From: Raja brachyura
Lineage: Eukaryota
Reading direction: 5' to 3'
Assembly: GCA_963514005.1 (NCBI GenBank)
Contig: OY740782.1
Location: 24,552,001-24,616,000 of the forward strand
Length of the DNA: 64,000 nt
Numbering within the stretch: the first letter of the stretch is position 1; each line of letters opens with the position of its first letter. Position numbers and translations under genes: made by a program. Of the stretch, positions 13,401 through 26,708 are shown piece after piece. The notes beneath the pieces were generated by a model. That model did not search any database, was not told the origin of the DNA, and saw only the letters and a list, made by a program, of their open reading frames with translations.

Positions 13401-15810
13401 CTTTCAACCGAACAGGAACATAAGGATCCTGTACTCTTAAAATTTCCCCTTTAAATGTCCTCCATTTCTCCTCTACATCTTTCCCATAAAACAAAATGTC
13501 CCAGTTCACTCCTTTTAAATCATCTCGCATCTCGTTAAAGTTAGCCTTTCTCCAATCAAAAATCTCAACCCTAGGCCCAGTTCTGTCCTTCTCCATAATT
13601 ATATTGAAACTAATGGTATTGTGATCACTGGACTCGAAGTGCTCCCCAACGCATACCTCTGCCACCTGTCCCGTCTCATTTCCTAACAGGAGGTCCAGCA
13701 TTGCCCCTCCTCTAGTAGGCACCTCTATGTATTGCTGCAAAAAACTATCCTGCACACATTTTACAAACTCCAAACCATCCAGCCCATTTACAGAATGTGT
13801 TTCCCAGTCTATGTGTGGAAAGTTGAAATCTCCCACAATCACTACCTTGTGCTTACTACTAATATCTGCTATCTCTTTACATATTTGCTCTTCCAATTCT
13901 CGTTCCCCATTTGGCGGTCTATAATATACCCCTAAAAGTGTTGCTACACCTTTCCCACTTCTCAGTTCCACCCAAATAGCCTCCCTAGATGAGCCCTCCA
14001 ATCTATCCTGCCAAAGCACTGCTGTAATATCTTCCCTGACTAGCAATGCAACACCTCCACCTCTTGCCCCTCCAATTCTATCACACCTGAAGCAACGAAA
14101 TCCTGGAATATTTAGTTTCCAATCACAGCCCTCCTGCAACCATGTTTCACTGATCGCCACAACATCATACTTCCAGGTGTCTATCCAGACTCTAAGCTCA
14201 TCCACCTTTCTTACAATGCTCCTAGCATTAAAATATGCACATTTAAGAAACCCCTCATCTCTTATTCTCTGTTTATTTCCTTTTTTTTCTTTCTCCTCTT
14301 GTGTCCGAGTGCTTCCCTTTTCTGCTTCCTGCCTCCCATTCTGTCTACTAGCTTTTGCTATTTGCATCCCTCGTCCCAACCATTCTAGTTTAAAGTCTCC
14401 CCAGTGGCCTTACTAGTCCCACCACCAGGATATTGGTCCCCCTCGGGTTCAAGTGCAAGCCATCCTTTCTATACAGGTCCCACCTACCCCAAAAGAAGTC
14501 CCAATGATCTAGAAACTTGAATCCTTGCCCTCTGCATCAGTCTTTCAGCCAAGCATTTATCCTCCACCTTGCTCCATTTCTTCTCTCACTGTCACGTAGC
14601 ACAGGCAGTAATTCTGAGATTGTTACCTTTTTGGTCCTTTTCCTCAACTCTCCTCCCAAGTCCTTAAATCCTCCCTTCAGGGCCTCTTCCCTTTTTTTAC
14701 CTATGTCATTGGTACCTATATGTACCACGACCTCAGGCTCCGCTCCCTCTGATTTGAGGATATCTTGGACACGTCCAAGATCTTGACACCAGGGAGGCAG
14801 ACCACCATCCTGGTCTCCCGACCGCGTCCACAGAAAAAGTTTCTTAAAAAGTGGGAAAACATTAGCTACCCTCCAATCCACAGGAACTGATCCTGCGTCT
14901 ATAGAACATTGGAAAATTATCACCAATGTATCCACGATTTATAGAGCCACTTCCATAAGTACCCTGGGATGCAGACCATTAGGCCCTGGGGATTTATCAG
15001 CCTTCAGTCTCATCAGTCTATCCAACACCATTTCCTGCCTAATGTGGATTTCCTTCAGTTCCTCCATCACCCCAGATCCTCTGGCCACCACTATATCAGG
15101 AAGATTATTTGTGTCCTCCTTAGTGAAGACAGATCCAAAGTACCTGTTCAACTCATCTGCCATTTCCTTGTTCCCCATAATAAATTCCCCTTTTTCGATC
15201 TTCAAGTGTCCAACTTTGGTCTTAACTAATTTTTTCCTCTTCACATACCTAAAGAAGCTTTTACTATCCTGCTTTATATTCTTGGCTAGCTTTCCTTCGT
15301 ACCTCATCTTTTCTCCCCGTATTGTCTTTTTGGTTATCTTCTGTTGTTCTTTAAACATTACCCAATCCTCTTGCGTTCCACTCATCTTTGCTACATTGGA
15401 CTTCTTCGTTTTAATTTTTATACTGTCTCTGACGTCCCTTGTCTGCCATGGTCGTCCCTTTCTCCACTTGGGATCTTTCTTCCTCCTATGAATGAACTGA
15501 TCCTGTACCTTCTGTATTATTCCTAGAAACACCTGCCATTTTTGCTCCATTGTCATCCCTGCTAGTGTATCTTGCCAGTCAACTTTGGCCAGCTCCTCCC
15601 TCATGGCCCCATAGTCCCCTTTATTCAACTGCAACACTGACACCACCAATCTACTCTTCTCCCTCTCCAATTGTTGATTAAACCTGACCATGTTAAGGTC
15701 ACTACCTCTTAATGGCTCATTAAACTCGAGGTCCTTTATCAAATCCGGTTCATTACATAACACTAAATCCAGAATTGCTTTCACCCTGGTAAGCTCCAAT
15801 ACAAGCTGCA
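10470..15810 (-). mobile_element. CR1 LINE (family A) ORF2 fragment, split by a nested CR1 at 11570-14838
   Basis: RT motifs [24 protein letters not shown] and KFADD in 10470-11569. ORF2 resumes at 14839-15810 (DKSPGPNGLHPRVL, ILDLVLCNEP). Confidence 0.93.
11570..14838 (-). mobile_element. Near-full-length CR1 LINE (family B): ORF1 esterase remnant, ORF2 APE endonuclease + RT, (ATATGGTT)n tail; inactivated
   Basis: ORF1 SGNH-esterase motif VVVHIGTND. APE motifs FNARS, ISETWL, VGDFN and SSDH. RT motif YADD. Frameshift near 12950 and an internal deletion near 12026. gttt is present on both flanks. Confidence 0.95.
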
Positions 15811-15861
15811 GCTTAGCTAATACAGGGACCATTCAGTAGACTGATAACATTGAGGAGGATG

Positions 15862-16520
15862 TGTATGGAAGAACTGCAGATGCAGGTTTAAATAGAAGGT
15901 AGACACAAAATGCTGGAGTAACTCAGTGGGTCAGGCAGCATCTCTGGAGGGAAGGAATGGGTGATGCTTCGGGTTGAGATCCTTCTTCAGACTGATGTCA
16001 GGGGAGGGGACGGGACAAAGATAGTGGGAGAACTGGGAAGGGGGAGGGGATAGAGAGGGAAAGCAGTGGCTACCTATATCTGAAGTTAGAGAAGTCAATG
16101 TTCACACCACTGAGGAGTAAACTACTCAAGCAAAATATGAGATGCTGCTCCTCCAATTTGCGCTGGGCCTCACTCTGACAATGGATGACTTCCAGGACAG
16201 AAAGGCAGATTGGGAATGGGAGGGGGAGTTGAAGTGCTGTGCCACTGGGAGATCAGGTGGGTTAAGAGGGACTGAGTGGAGGTGCTCAGCGAAACGATAG
16301 CTGAGCCTGCGCTTGGGCTTGTCGATGTAGAAAAGTGGGCACCTGGAACAGCGGATACAATAGATGAGGTTGGAGGAGGTGCAAGTGAGCCTCTGCCTCA
16401 CCTGGAAAGACTGTTTGGGTTCTTGGATGGAGTCAAGGGGGGGGATGTAAAGGGACAAGTGTTGCGTCTCCTGCGGTTGCTGGGAAAAGTACCTGGGGAG
16501 TGGGTGGTTTGGGTGGGACG
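15862..16520 (-). mobile_element. Penelope-like element 3' fragment (GIY-YIG endonuclease + terminal repeat)
   Basis: TCTSSNLIYCIRCSRCPLFYID...RFAEH...VAQHFNSPSH. Confidence 0.88.
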
Positions 16521-16546
16521 GGAAAAGCAAAGGAACACCTTTCAAT

Positions 16547-16765
16547 ACTGTGTCGGAAGGAACTGCAGATGCTGGTTTAAACCAAAGATAGATACAAAAA
16601 GCTGGAGTAACTCAGCGGGACAGGCAGCATCTCTGGAGAGAAGGAATGAGAGAGAAGAAAGAAGCTTTCTTCAGACTGAAGAAGGGTCCTGACCCGAAAC
16701 GTCACCCATTCATTCTCTGCAAAGATGCTGCTTGTCCCACTGAGTTCCTCCATTTTTTTGTGTCT
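16547..16765. mobile_element. Palindromic Penelope-derived module with 10-bp TSD
   Basis: acctttcaat at 16537-16546 and 16766-16775; two head-to-head terminal copies join at cttcagactgaagaag. Confidence 0.75.
16674..16707 (+). ncRNA. Minimal type-I hammerhead ribozyme motif
   Basis: CTGAAGA-A-GGGTC-ct-GACCC-GAAA-CGTC: both core boxes, stem II, palindromic ACGT stem III and a GUC triplet. Confidence 0.65.
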
Positions 16766-16786
16766 ACCTTTCAATGCCTTCTGTTC

Positions 16787-16914
16787 ACGAGGAAATGCAG
16801 ATGCTGGAAAATTGAAGATAGACAAAAGTGTTGGAGAAACTCAGCGGGTGCAGCAGCATCTATGGAGCGAAGGAAATAGGCAACGTTTCGGGCCGAAACC
16901 CTTCTTCAGACCCT
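16787..16914 (-). mobile_element. 128-bp Penelope-derived module starting at a hammerhead motif, 9-bp TSD
   Basis: cttctgttc at 16778-16786 and 16915-16923. The minus strand reads gtCTGAAGAagggtTTCGgcccGAAAcgtt near its start. Confidence 0.75.
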
Positions 16915-17699
16915 CTTCTGTTCTAAATCAGTTTATTTTTGTTTCCAAATTAAGAATTTGATTAAGCCAATATTACAATTGTTCTGCAATATAATTGTAC
17001 ATCCATAAGAATGTCTTAATAGCCAGTCTATACTATATGCTCAATTCTCACATTTAAGATTTCTTGCCAAAGCACACTATGGAAATATGCAGTTTGTATA
17101 TAAAACATTAATCAAAGGAATATTTTACTGGAAAAGATCATCACATGATAATACCCAGCAAGGTCAACCCCATATCTGACTAAACAATAAATAATGTGTC
17201 AATAGAAATTATAAGCAGCGTTACGATCAGATAAAAGCAAGGCAATTGAGATTCTCTCTGCATTCCAATGAACCTACAAATACGCTGAGGCGACGAGACT
17301 TTCGTTTTACTCTGACAGTAATTGACTAGGGCTATGGTTGATTTAACAGCTCTGAAGAGAAACCACCAGGCAGACACATGTTTAAAGAACAGCTGACACA
17401 GTAGCTGCTTGTGCCAAACGTATTAAACAGTTCTAACCAGCACACTTTCATCATTATTATGTAGGCTAACTGTTGCAATCTGTGTGTATACTCAATGTAC
17501 TCTGCGAACACCTGGTGTTTCAATATCTTTTGATTACCAGCCCAGCATCTAGTCAGCTGAACCTTGTATGACTATCCTGCAAGAAATGTGATAACAATAA
17601 TATAGCAGAGTAAATTCTGCCAACTAACTCAGGTATAATGGGCCACTTTACCATTTGATGCTCCTTTTTTCTGAACATATCGTCTGGTATTCTTGCCGT

Positions 17700-18340
17700 T
17701 ACTGGTCAGGGTATTGAGTATAAGAGTCAGAAGTTAAAATGCAACTTTATAGGATTTTGGCTAGGCCGCATTTGGAGTGTTTGTGTGCAGATTTGGTTGC
17801 TCCAACACAGGAAGGATGTGAACGATTTGGAAATGGTGCAGAACATCTTCTGATTTACCACCCCCAATGCCGAGAATGATGCCTGGAACAGAGGGTATTA
17901 GCAATAAGGAGAAATTGGACAAACCTGGATTGTTTTCTGTGGAACGCTGAGGTTGAGGGCTGTTTTATAGAAATATATACAATTATGATATGCATAGATA
18001 GGGTAGATAGCGAGAACCTTTATCCAAGAATGGAAACATCTACTACTCAAGGGCATAACTTTAAGGTGAGACGGGCACAGTTTAAAGGAGATATGCAGGG
18101 AAAGTATTTTTACACAGAGGGTGATTGAAGCTTGGACTGAACTGATGAACTGATAGGCATGATGGTGAGGCAGGTACGAAAATGGTATTTATGAGATTTT
18201 TGGACAGACACATGGATATGCAGGGATTGGAGGGATATGGATTATGTACAGCCAGATAATTGTTTGTTGTGGCATCATGTTTGGCACAGATGTTGTGGGT
18301 CGAAGGGACTGTTTCGGTACTGGACTGTTTTTGTGTTCTA
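17700..18340 (+). mobile_element. Old CR1 LINE 3' fragment
   Basis: Degenerate GIEYKS, RPHLE and FTQRV; same family as 2525-3100. Confidence 0.8.
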
Positions 18341-18664
18341 CTCGGTGATTTTATATGATTTCATTTCTTAACTACTATGTCCTGTTTTCTAGCTTTTAGG
18401 GAATCTTAATTATGTGATAAATCATTTATTTTGGAACAATAAAGCGTATACCACTAGCACATCTACATATTCAATTTTTTTGAAACTCAACCTGAAGTTC
18501 AACTTCCAGATGTAATGCTCCACATAAGTGCAGAACTCTACCATTATTTTTTACAATCTTAATTTGAAACAAGCTTCCCCTTTGGGAAAAGACTGAAAAC
18601 TCCTCACTAATCTTTTTTATGCCTGTGCAGCATGTTGTCAATGGAATGAATGAGTGTGTTTTCA

Positions 18665-18805
<141 letters not shown>

Positions 18806-19194
18806 TCAAATGAATGTCCACAATTACTGCTTACTGCTACTGGTTAGATCGGAATGAAACTTCATCTTCTCTGAGTTGATTACAAAATGTAAAGCACATA
18901 GAACCATAAAATAATCTTAGCTTCTGTTACAATTTTCTGTTCTATTAAAATTTTCTTTAGGAAACATTGCCTCATTAGTGATATTCTGGCCATATGTTAA
19001 AAAAGTATTAGAATTCTGAACAACAACATATGCATGCGTCAAGTTCAATTTCCGAATCACTCACGTGCAGATTACACTTCTCAGCGAATGATTAATGCAT
19101 CAATTTGAATAAAGCCGCCTTTGTAAATAACTTTCTATGAAATAAATGAATTGAAATGCAACTGTTAAAAGGAATGTTGCAAACGGTGAGTGAC

Positions 19195-22100
19195 AATAGA
19201 CAATAGAAAATAGGTGCAGGAGTAGGCCATTCGGCCCTTCGAGCCAGCACCACCATTCAATGTGATCATGGCTGATCATCCCCAATCAGTACCCCATTCC
19301 TACCTTCTCCCAATATTCCCTGACTCTGCTATCTTTAAGAGCCCTATCTAGCTCTCTCTTGAAAGGATCCAGAGAACCGGCCTCCACCGCCCTCTGAGGC
19401 AGAGAATTCCACAGACTCACAACTCTCTGTGAGAAAAAGTGTTTCCTCGTCTCCGTTCTAAATGGCTTACCACTTATTCTTAAACTGTGGTCCCTTGTTC
19501 TGCACTCCCCCAACATCGTGAACATGTTTCCTGCCTCTAGCATGTCCAAACCCTTAACAATCTTATATGTTTCAATAAGATTCTCATCCTTCTAAACTCT
19601 AGAGTGTACTGCTGGCGAGAAGGGTCGAATGGCCTACTCCTGCACCTATTGTCTATTGTACAAGCCCAGCCGCTCCATTCTCTCAGCATATGACAGTCCT
19701 GTCATCACGGGAATTAACCTTGTAAACCTATGCTGCACTCCCTCAATAGCAAGCATGTCATTCCTCAAATTAGGGGGCCAAAACTGCACACAATACTCCA
19801 GGTCTGGTCTCACTAGGGTTCTGTACAACTGCAGAAGGACCTCTTTGCTCCAATACTCGAAGGCCAATAAACGCCAACATGCCATTTTCTTTCTTCACTG
19901 CCTGCTGTACCTGCATGCTTACTTTCATAGACTGATGAACAAGGACCCCCAGATACCATTGTACTTCCCCTTTTCCCAACTTGACACCATTTAGATAGTA
20001 ATCTGCCTTCCTGTTTTTTATACCAAAGTGGATAACTTCACATTTATCCGCATTAAACTTCATCTGCCATGCATCTGCCCACTTCCCCAACCTGTCCAAG
20101 TCACCCTGCAGTCTCATAGCATCCTCCTCACAGTTTACACTGCCACCCAGTGTCATCTGCAAATTTGCTAATGTTACTTTGAATCCCTTCACCCAAATCA
20201 TAGATGGATATTGTAAATAGCTGCAGTCCCAGCACCGAGCCTTGCGGTACCCCACTAGTCACTGCCTGCCATTCTGAAAGGGACCCATTAATCCCTACTG
20301 TTTGTTTCTTATCTGGCAACCAATTTTCTATCCATGTCAGCACTCCACCCCCAATACTGTGTGCCCTAATTTTGCCCACTAATCTCCTATGTGGGACCTT
20401 ATCAAATGCTTTCTGAAAGTCCAGGTACACTACATCCACTGGCTCTCCCTTATCCATTTTCCTAGTTACATCTTAAAAAAATTCCAGAAGATTAGTCAAG
20501 CATGATTTCCCCTTCGTAAATCCATGCTGACGCGTACCGATCCTGTTACTGCTATCCAAATGTGCGGCTATTTCATCTTTTATAATTGATTCCAGCATCT
20601 TCTCCACCACCGATGTCAGGCTAACTGGTGTTTAATTCCATGTTTTCTCTCTCCCGCCTTTCTTAAAAAGTGGGAAAACATTAGCTACCCTCCAATCCCC
20701 AGGAACTGATTCTGAGTCTTTAGAACATTGCAAAATTATCGCCAATGCATCCACAATTTCTAGGGCCACTTCCTTAAGTACCCTGGAATGCAGACCATCA
20801 GGCCCTGGGGATTTATCAGCTTTCTGCCTATTTTCCTGCCTAATGCTTTCTGCCCATTTCGTACCTAATGTGGATTTCCTTCAGTTCCTCCGTCACCCCA
20901 GATCCTCTGGCCACTACTATATCAGGAAGATTGTTTGTGTCCTCCTTAATGAAGACAAATCCAAAGTACCTGTTCAACTCATCTGCCATTTCCTTGTTCT
21001 ACATATTAAATTCACCTTCAAGGGTCCAACTTTGGCCTTAATTAATTTTCTTCTCTTCGCATACCTAAAGAAGCTTTTACTATCCTCCTTTATATTCTTG
21101 GCTAGCTTACCTTCGTACCTCATCTTTTCTCCCCGTACCGTCTTTTTATTTATCTTCTGTTGCTCCTTAAACATTACCCAATCCTTTTGTTTCCCGCTCA
21201 TCCTTGCTACGTTGTACTTCTTCTCTTTTATTTTTATACTGTGCCTGACGTCCCTTGTCAGCCACGGTCGCCCCTTACTCCCCTTGGAATCTTTCTTCCT
21301 CCTAGGAATGAACTGATCCTGCACCTTTTTTAAGGATAAGGGGGAAATTTTTTAGGACTGAGATGAGAAAAACATTTTTCACTCAGAGTGGTGAATCTCT
21401 GAAATTCTCTGCCACAGAAGGTAGTTGAGGCCAGTACATTTGCAATATTTAAGAGGGAGTTAGATGTGGCCCTTGTGGCTAATGGGATCAGGGGGTATGG
21501 AGAGAAGGCAGGTAAGCGATACTGAGTTGGATGATCAGCCATGATCATATTGAATGGTGGTGCAGGCTCGAAGGGCTGAATGGCCTACTCCTGCACCTAT
21601 TTTCTATGTTTCTATGTTTCTTCTGTATTATTCCTAGAAATACCTGCCATTTTAATCCACTGTCATCCCTGCTAGTATATCTTTCCAGTCAACTTTGGCC
21701 GCTCCTCCTTCGTGGCCCCATAGTCCTCTATTCAACACTGACACCTCCGATCTACCCTTCTCCCTCTCCAATTGTAGATTAAACCTGACCATGTTATGGT
21801 CACTGCCTCCCAATGGCTCATTTACCTCGAGGTCCTTTATCAAATTCGGTTCATTACATAACACTAAATCCAGAATTGCCTTCTCCCTGGTAGGCTCCAA
21901 TACAAGCTGCTCTAAGAATCCATCAGAAAGGCACTTTACAAAGTCCCTTTCTTGGGGTCCAGTACCAACCTGATTTCCCCAGTCTACCTGCATGTTGAAA
22001 TCTCCCATAACAACTACAGCATTACCTTTGCTACATGCCAATTTTAACTCCTGATTCAACTTGTACCCTATGTCCAGGCTACTGTTTGGGGGCTTGTAGA

Positions 22101-22340
22101 TGTCCCATTGGTGTCTTTTTACCCTTATAATTCCTTAGTTCTATCCATACTGACTCCACATCTCCTGTTTCAATGTCACCCCTTGCAAGTGACTGAATTT
22201 CATTCCTCACCAACAGAGCAACCCCATCCCCTCTGCCCACCTGTCTGTCTTTTCGATAGGAGGTACACCCTTCAATATTCAGTTCCCAGCCCTGGCCCTC
22301 GTGCAGCCATGTCTCTGTAATACCCACAACATCATACTTG
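19195..22340 (-). mobile_element. CR1 LINE (family A, tail tattgtc), APE to 3' end, frameshifted, with nested CR1 3' ends at ~19609-19657 and ~21328-21620
   Basis: [32 protein letters not shown]. Nested inserts are in the opposite orientation. Confidence 0.93.
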
Positions 22341-22980
22341 TGAGTGCTAATATTGATTAGCCACTTTCTATGAAAAATAAAGGGAATGAGAATTTTCCAT
22401 TTTTCTTAATTTTGACATTAGCTTAGCGACATTTTTTTTCCATGAGACTTTAGCTAGTGTAAGAGGCAGTCACATGCCAGCTTACTTTATAGAAATCATT
22501 TGGAATGTCTCCAACTGAAGTAAAGAAATCTAAAATCTCAGCACAAGAACAATGAAAGTTTTTTTCTGAAATATTACTACTGATCTCATTTTTGTATCTT
22601 TACATTTTGCCCTGTGGAATTTTCCTTGAAAACATTGGCCAAAATTAATTTTATTTTCTTGCCATCATTGCTTTAGATACCACAAGATGCAGAATGCTCT
22701 TTGGAGGCAGTAAATGCAACAGCAATAGAATGATTTCTTTTTAAATGTAATTTCATCATGATTAGAATCTGCCATGAAATTTCAGGCAACTCCCCACCCC
22801 CACCTTCTACACCACCCGATGCTAGGGGACAAATTAAATCTGCGTAATTAAATCAATAAAGGGCAAACAAAGAACACCTAAGTTGTCCAAATTAATTTGC
22901 CTAAAACATACTGTTGTGAGTGAAAAGGCGACTTTCCATTCTGGAATCGTCGCAGAATTTAAACAAGTGGTAAAACTCAC

Positions 22981-23099
22981 CTCTTTGTAACCAAAGACAA
23001 TCCGTCCATCACTGTGGAGGGTGGCCTGGAAGGTGAAGCTTCCTAAATCATAGTTATCCTGTAGATGAACATTATCCCACTGTACAATCAGGGCAGTAC
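22981..23099 (-). CDS. PLXDC2: PLXDC2 internal coding exon (probably exon 6), 119 nt, phase 1-0
   Basis: Translates (G)[39 protein letters not shown]. Acceptor atacag|GT, donor GAG|gtgagt. In frame with the previous exon. Not in the ORF track. Confidence 0.96.
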
Positions 23100-23234
23100 C
23101 TGTATATCCAAATAAATGTTAGTCAAAACAAGACCCTTTGATGGATAGCATCTGCAGGCTAGTCTGCTGAACAACACTGCTACCCACAAAATAATAATTG
23201 TTAACAATTTAATTGATACATTTCTCAGATTTTG

Positions 23235-23237
<3 letters not shown>

Positions 23238-23321
<84 letters not shown>
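23238..23321. repeat. (GT)n microsatellite, about 42 units
   Basis: Perfect dinucleotide run. Confidence 0.99.
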
Positions 23322-23323
<2 letters not shown>

Positions 23324-24436
23324 CTGGGGGAGTGGTAGAATTGCTTACAGGTGTTCTTTCTTTCGTGTGCATCTTTGTCAGTAAATTGAAAATTGTCAGT
23401 ACATTTTCTTTGGGTTTCTGCCGCTAATTCACCAAAGTTAAAACAGGTGAAGGGTTGTGCTGGCAAACCGCTGTGGAATTTGAGGAACAGGCAGGAGAAA
23501 CAATGCTCACGTAGAATTACAACACTAAACCAGGTTTATTAATACAATCCTTTAATGCTTGTGTCTAGCCTGCAAATGAACAATAGTCCTAATCACTTCA
23601 TCCTCTATCTGAACCACTTATCCATCCTATTCTTAAATGCTGATGGTCTTTTTTGCAAATCAAATTTCTCGCACTGAAGATCCTTCAATCTGAAAATGGC
23701 ATGCATTATTGAATGTTTAATAATGTGCATTGCATTCTTACTGTAAGTCTTATAGATGCTTGAAAGACTTTGATCTGTTAACAGAAGTGGAATTGTATTC
23801 ATATGTAGCACCATTCCTGTTCCTGTGGCCATGCTGTTGATTTGCTGCTGCAGTTATGATTCTGGTCACTGGTCATGTCATGATGTTAATGGCAGGGATT
23901 GCAAAGATGATTTAATTTGTAGCTTATGTGTGAGGTTTGTTAACCAATATCTCTGTGGCATGTATAAATGCTACCTGCCACAACTCAGCCCAGAACTGCC
24001 TGGGACGAACAAGCTGTCAGCTGGCATGCACTGCTTCACTAACAGAGAATTGTGAATTAAAACTTCAGCACTAACTGTTTACAGCACAAGGGTTACTCAT
24101 GATGGGAAGCAGCCTTTGATGTACATCTATCAACAATGGTAACCTGCTGAAATCCTGACAAATATTAGCTGTGCCATTTAGAAAGACAGGCATTAGTAAA
24201 GGTTGCTGTATATTAACAGATCTATAGATTTCAGGCTCATTAATTGCAAGTTTTCAATGCAATAATTTATAGCAGTTTACCAGTGATTGTTCCAATCTAG
24301 CCCAAGCCCTACCCACTGACCAAGAGTTAGAAAGGTAATGGTACTTAAACGATTCAGCTCATAACTGATATTTAGAACATGCAAAAGAATTTTGTGTTAC
24401 AATTTCAGAAAGCACAAAATAAATTGCAATTTTCTA

Positions 24437-24694
<258 letters not shown>

Positions 24695-25573
24695 CTATTT
24701 GTTTTCACCAAAGAGAAACAAGGACCTTAAAGTAAAGTATCATAAAAAAGATCAGCATTGAAATAATCTGTTGTTTCTTTACCACATGAATACCCTGAGC
24801 GATTCTGCCATCCCGTTCAGATCCTCCTTTATACAATAAGGGGGAAAAAAAGTGAAATAAAAGTAGAAAATGCTAGAAATGATTGATAAAGCAATAGACA
24901 ATAGGCAATAGGTGCAGGAGTAGGACAATCGTCCCCTCGAGCCAGCACTGCCACTCAATGTGATCATGGCTGAACACGGGCAGCATTGGTGGAGAGAACC
25001 CCAGAGTTAATACTTCAGATCGAAGACCATCCATTAGGGATCTTTATTCATCTTCCCTTCAACTACCAAAGTAAAAAAGGAAAAATCTCGAGGAATATCT
25101 CTTGACAGTGCGATAGCCTGGAATAGTTCATTGCCATGACATAAGTTGCACTGGAATTCATTTCAAGTTCACATTTAGATTGGGTGAACCTAAGGTAGGG
25201 TTCATGCCCAGGAAGGATGAAGGGGATCACAAAAGATCTCCAGCTGGAAAAGTATGGAACCTTGACTGAAAAGATACAGCATTCTGAAAGGGAGATTCAG
25301 CCAGACTGATAGCAATAGATATAAATAAATGTACAGAGACTAATAAGGCACACTAAAAGCTGTGGTCAGATTTTCTGAGGCTGGAACGGACTGACTTTCT
25401 GTGAAATGGGACTATCAAATTCAGCTGATCAATCACATGAATTCTGGATACACAACTTTGAGCTGCCAAAAAAATTATCAGTGGCCAAAAAGTCTACAAC
25501 TGGCCATTTCCTGCCAGTTGAGCTCAAAACGGTTTAGCACCTGCTGCTTGAGTCAGATACAATAGTAATATTT

Positions 25574-26520
25574 ATACCCATATAACCATATAACAATTAC
25601 AGCACAGAAACTGGCCTTCTCGGCCCTTCTAGTCCGTGCCGACCATTTATTTTCCCCTTGTCCCATCTACCTGCACTCAGACTATACCCCTCCATTCCCT
25701 TCCTGTCCATATACCTATCCACTTTACTTTTAAATGTTAAAATCAATCCTGCCTCCACCACTTCTGCTGGAAGATCATTCCACACAGCCACCACTCTCTG
25801 AGTAAAGAAGTTCCCCCTCATGTTACCCCTAAACTTCTGTCCCTTAATTCTCATATCATGCCCATTTGTTTGAATCTTCCCTACCCTCAATGGGAAAAGC
25901 TTATCCACGTCAACTCTGTCTATCCCTTTCATCATTTTAAAGACCTCAATCAAGTCCCCCTTAACCTTCTGCACTCCAAAGAATAAAGACCTAACTTGTT
26001 CAACCTTTCTCTGTAACTTAGTTGCTGGAACCCAGGCAACATTCTAGTAAATCTCCTCTGTACTCTCTCTATTTTGTTGACATCCTTCCTATAATTAGGC
26101 AACCAAAATTGTACACCATACTCCAGAATTGGTCTTACCACTGCCTTGTACAATTTTAACATTACTTCCCTACTCCTATATTCAATGTTCTGATTTATAA
26201 AGGCCAGCACACCAAAAGCTTTCTTTACCACTCCATCTACATGTGATTCCACCTTCAGGGAACTATGCACAATTATTCCTAGATCCCTCTGTTCCACAGC
26301 ATTCCTCAAGTCCCTACCATTTACCATGTATGTCGTATTTTGATTTGTCCTGCCAAGATGTAGCACCTCACACTTATCAGCATTAAACTCCATCTGCCAT
26401 CTTTCAGCCCACTCTTCCAAATGGCCCAAATCTCTCTGTAGACTTTGAAAATCTACTTCATTATCCACAGCACCACCTATCTTAGTATCATTTGCATACT
26501 TACTTATCCAATTTTCCACC
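25574..26520 (-). mobile_element. CR1 LINE (family B) 3' fragment
   Basis: WISKYANDTKIGG...FFTQRVVAVWN; (aaccatat)n tail. Confidence 0.93.
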
Positions 26521-26708
26521 ATTTAAAGACATTTAGACATGCACCTGGCAAATGGGATCAGCTGGGATGGGGTATCTAGATCGGCAAGGACGAATTAGGT
26601 CAAAGGACCTGTTTCCATGCTGTATGACTCTATATGTTTCAGACTGGATAGGGAGTACTCACTTCCCATGGAAACACTGCCCTTGACAGGGAATATAACC
26701 TGAATATC

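Noticed and set aside
23088-23466. HTHT / VCVC repeat ORFs
   Set aside because: Translations of the GT microsatellite.
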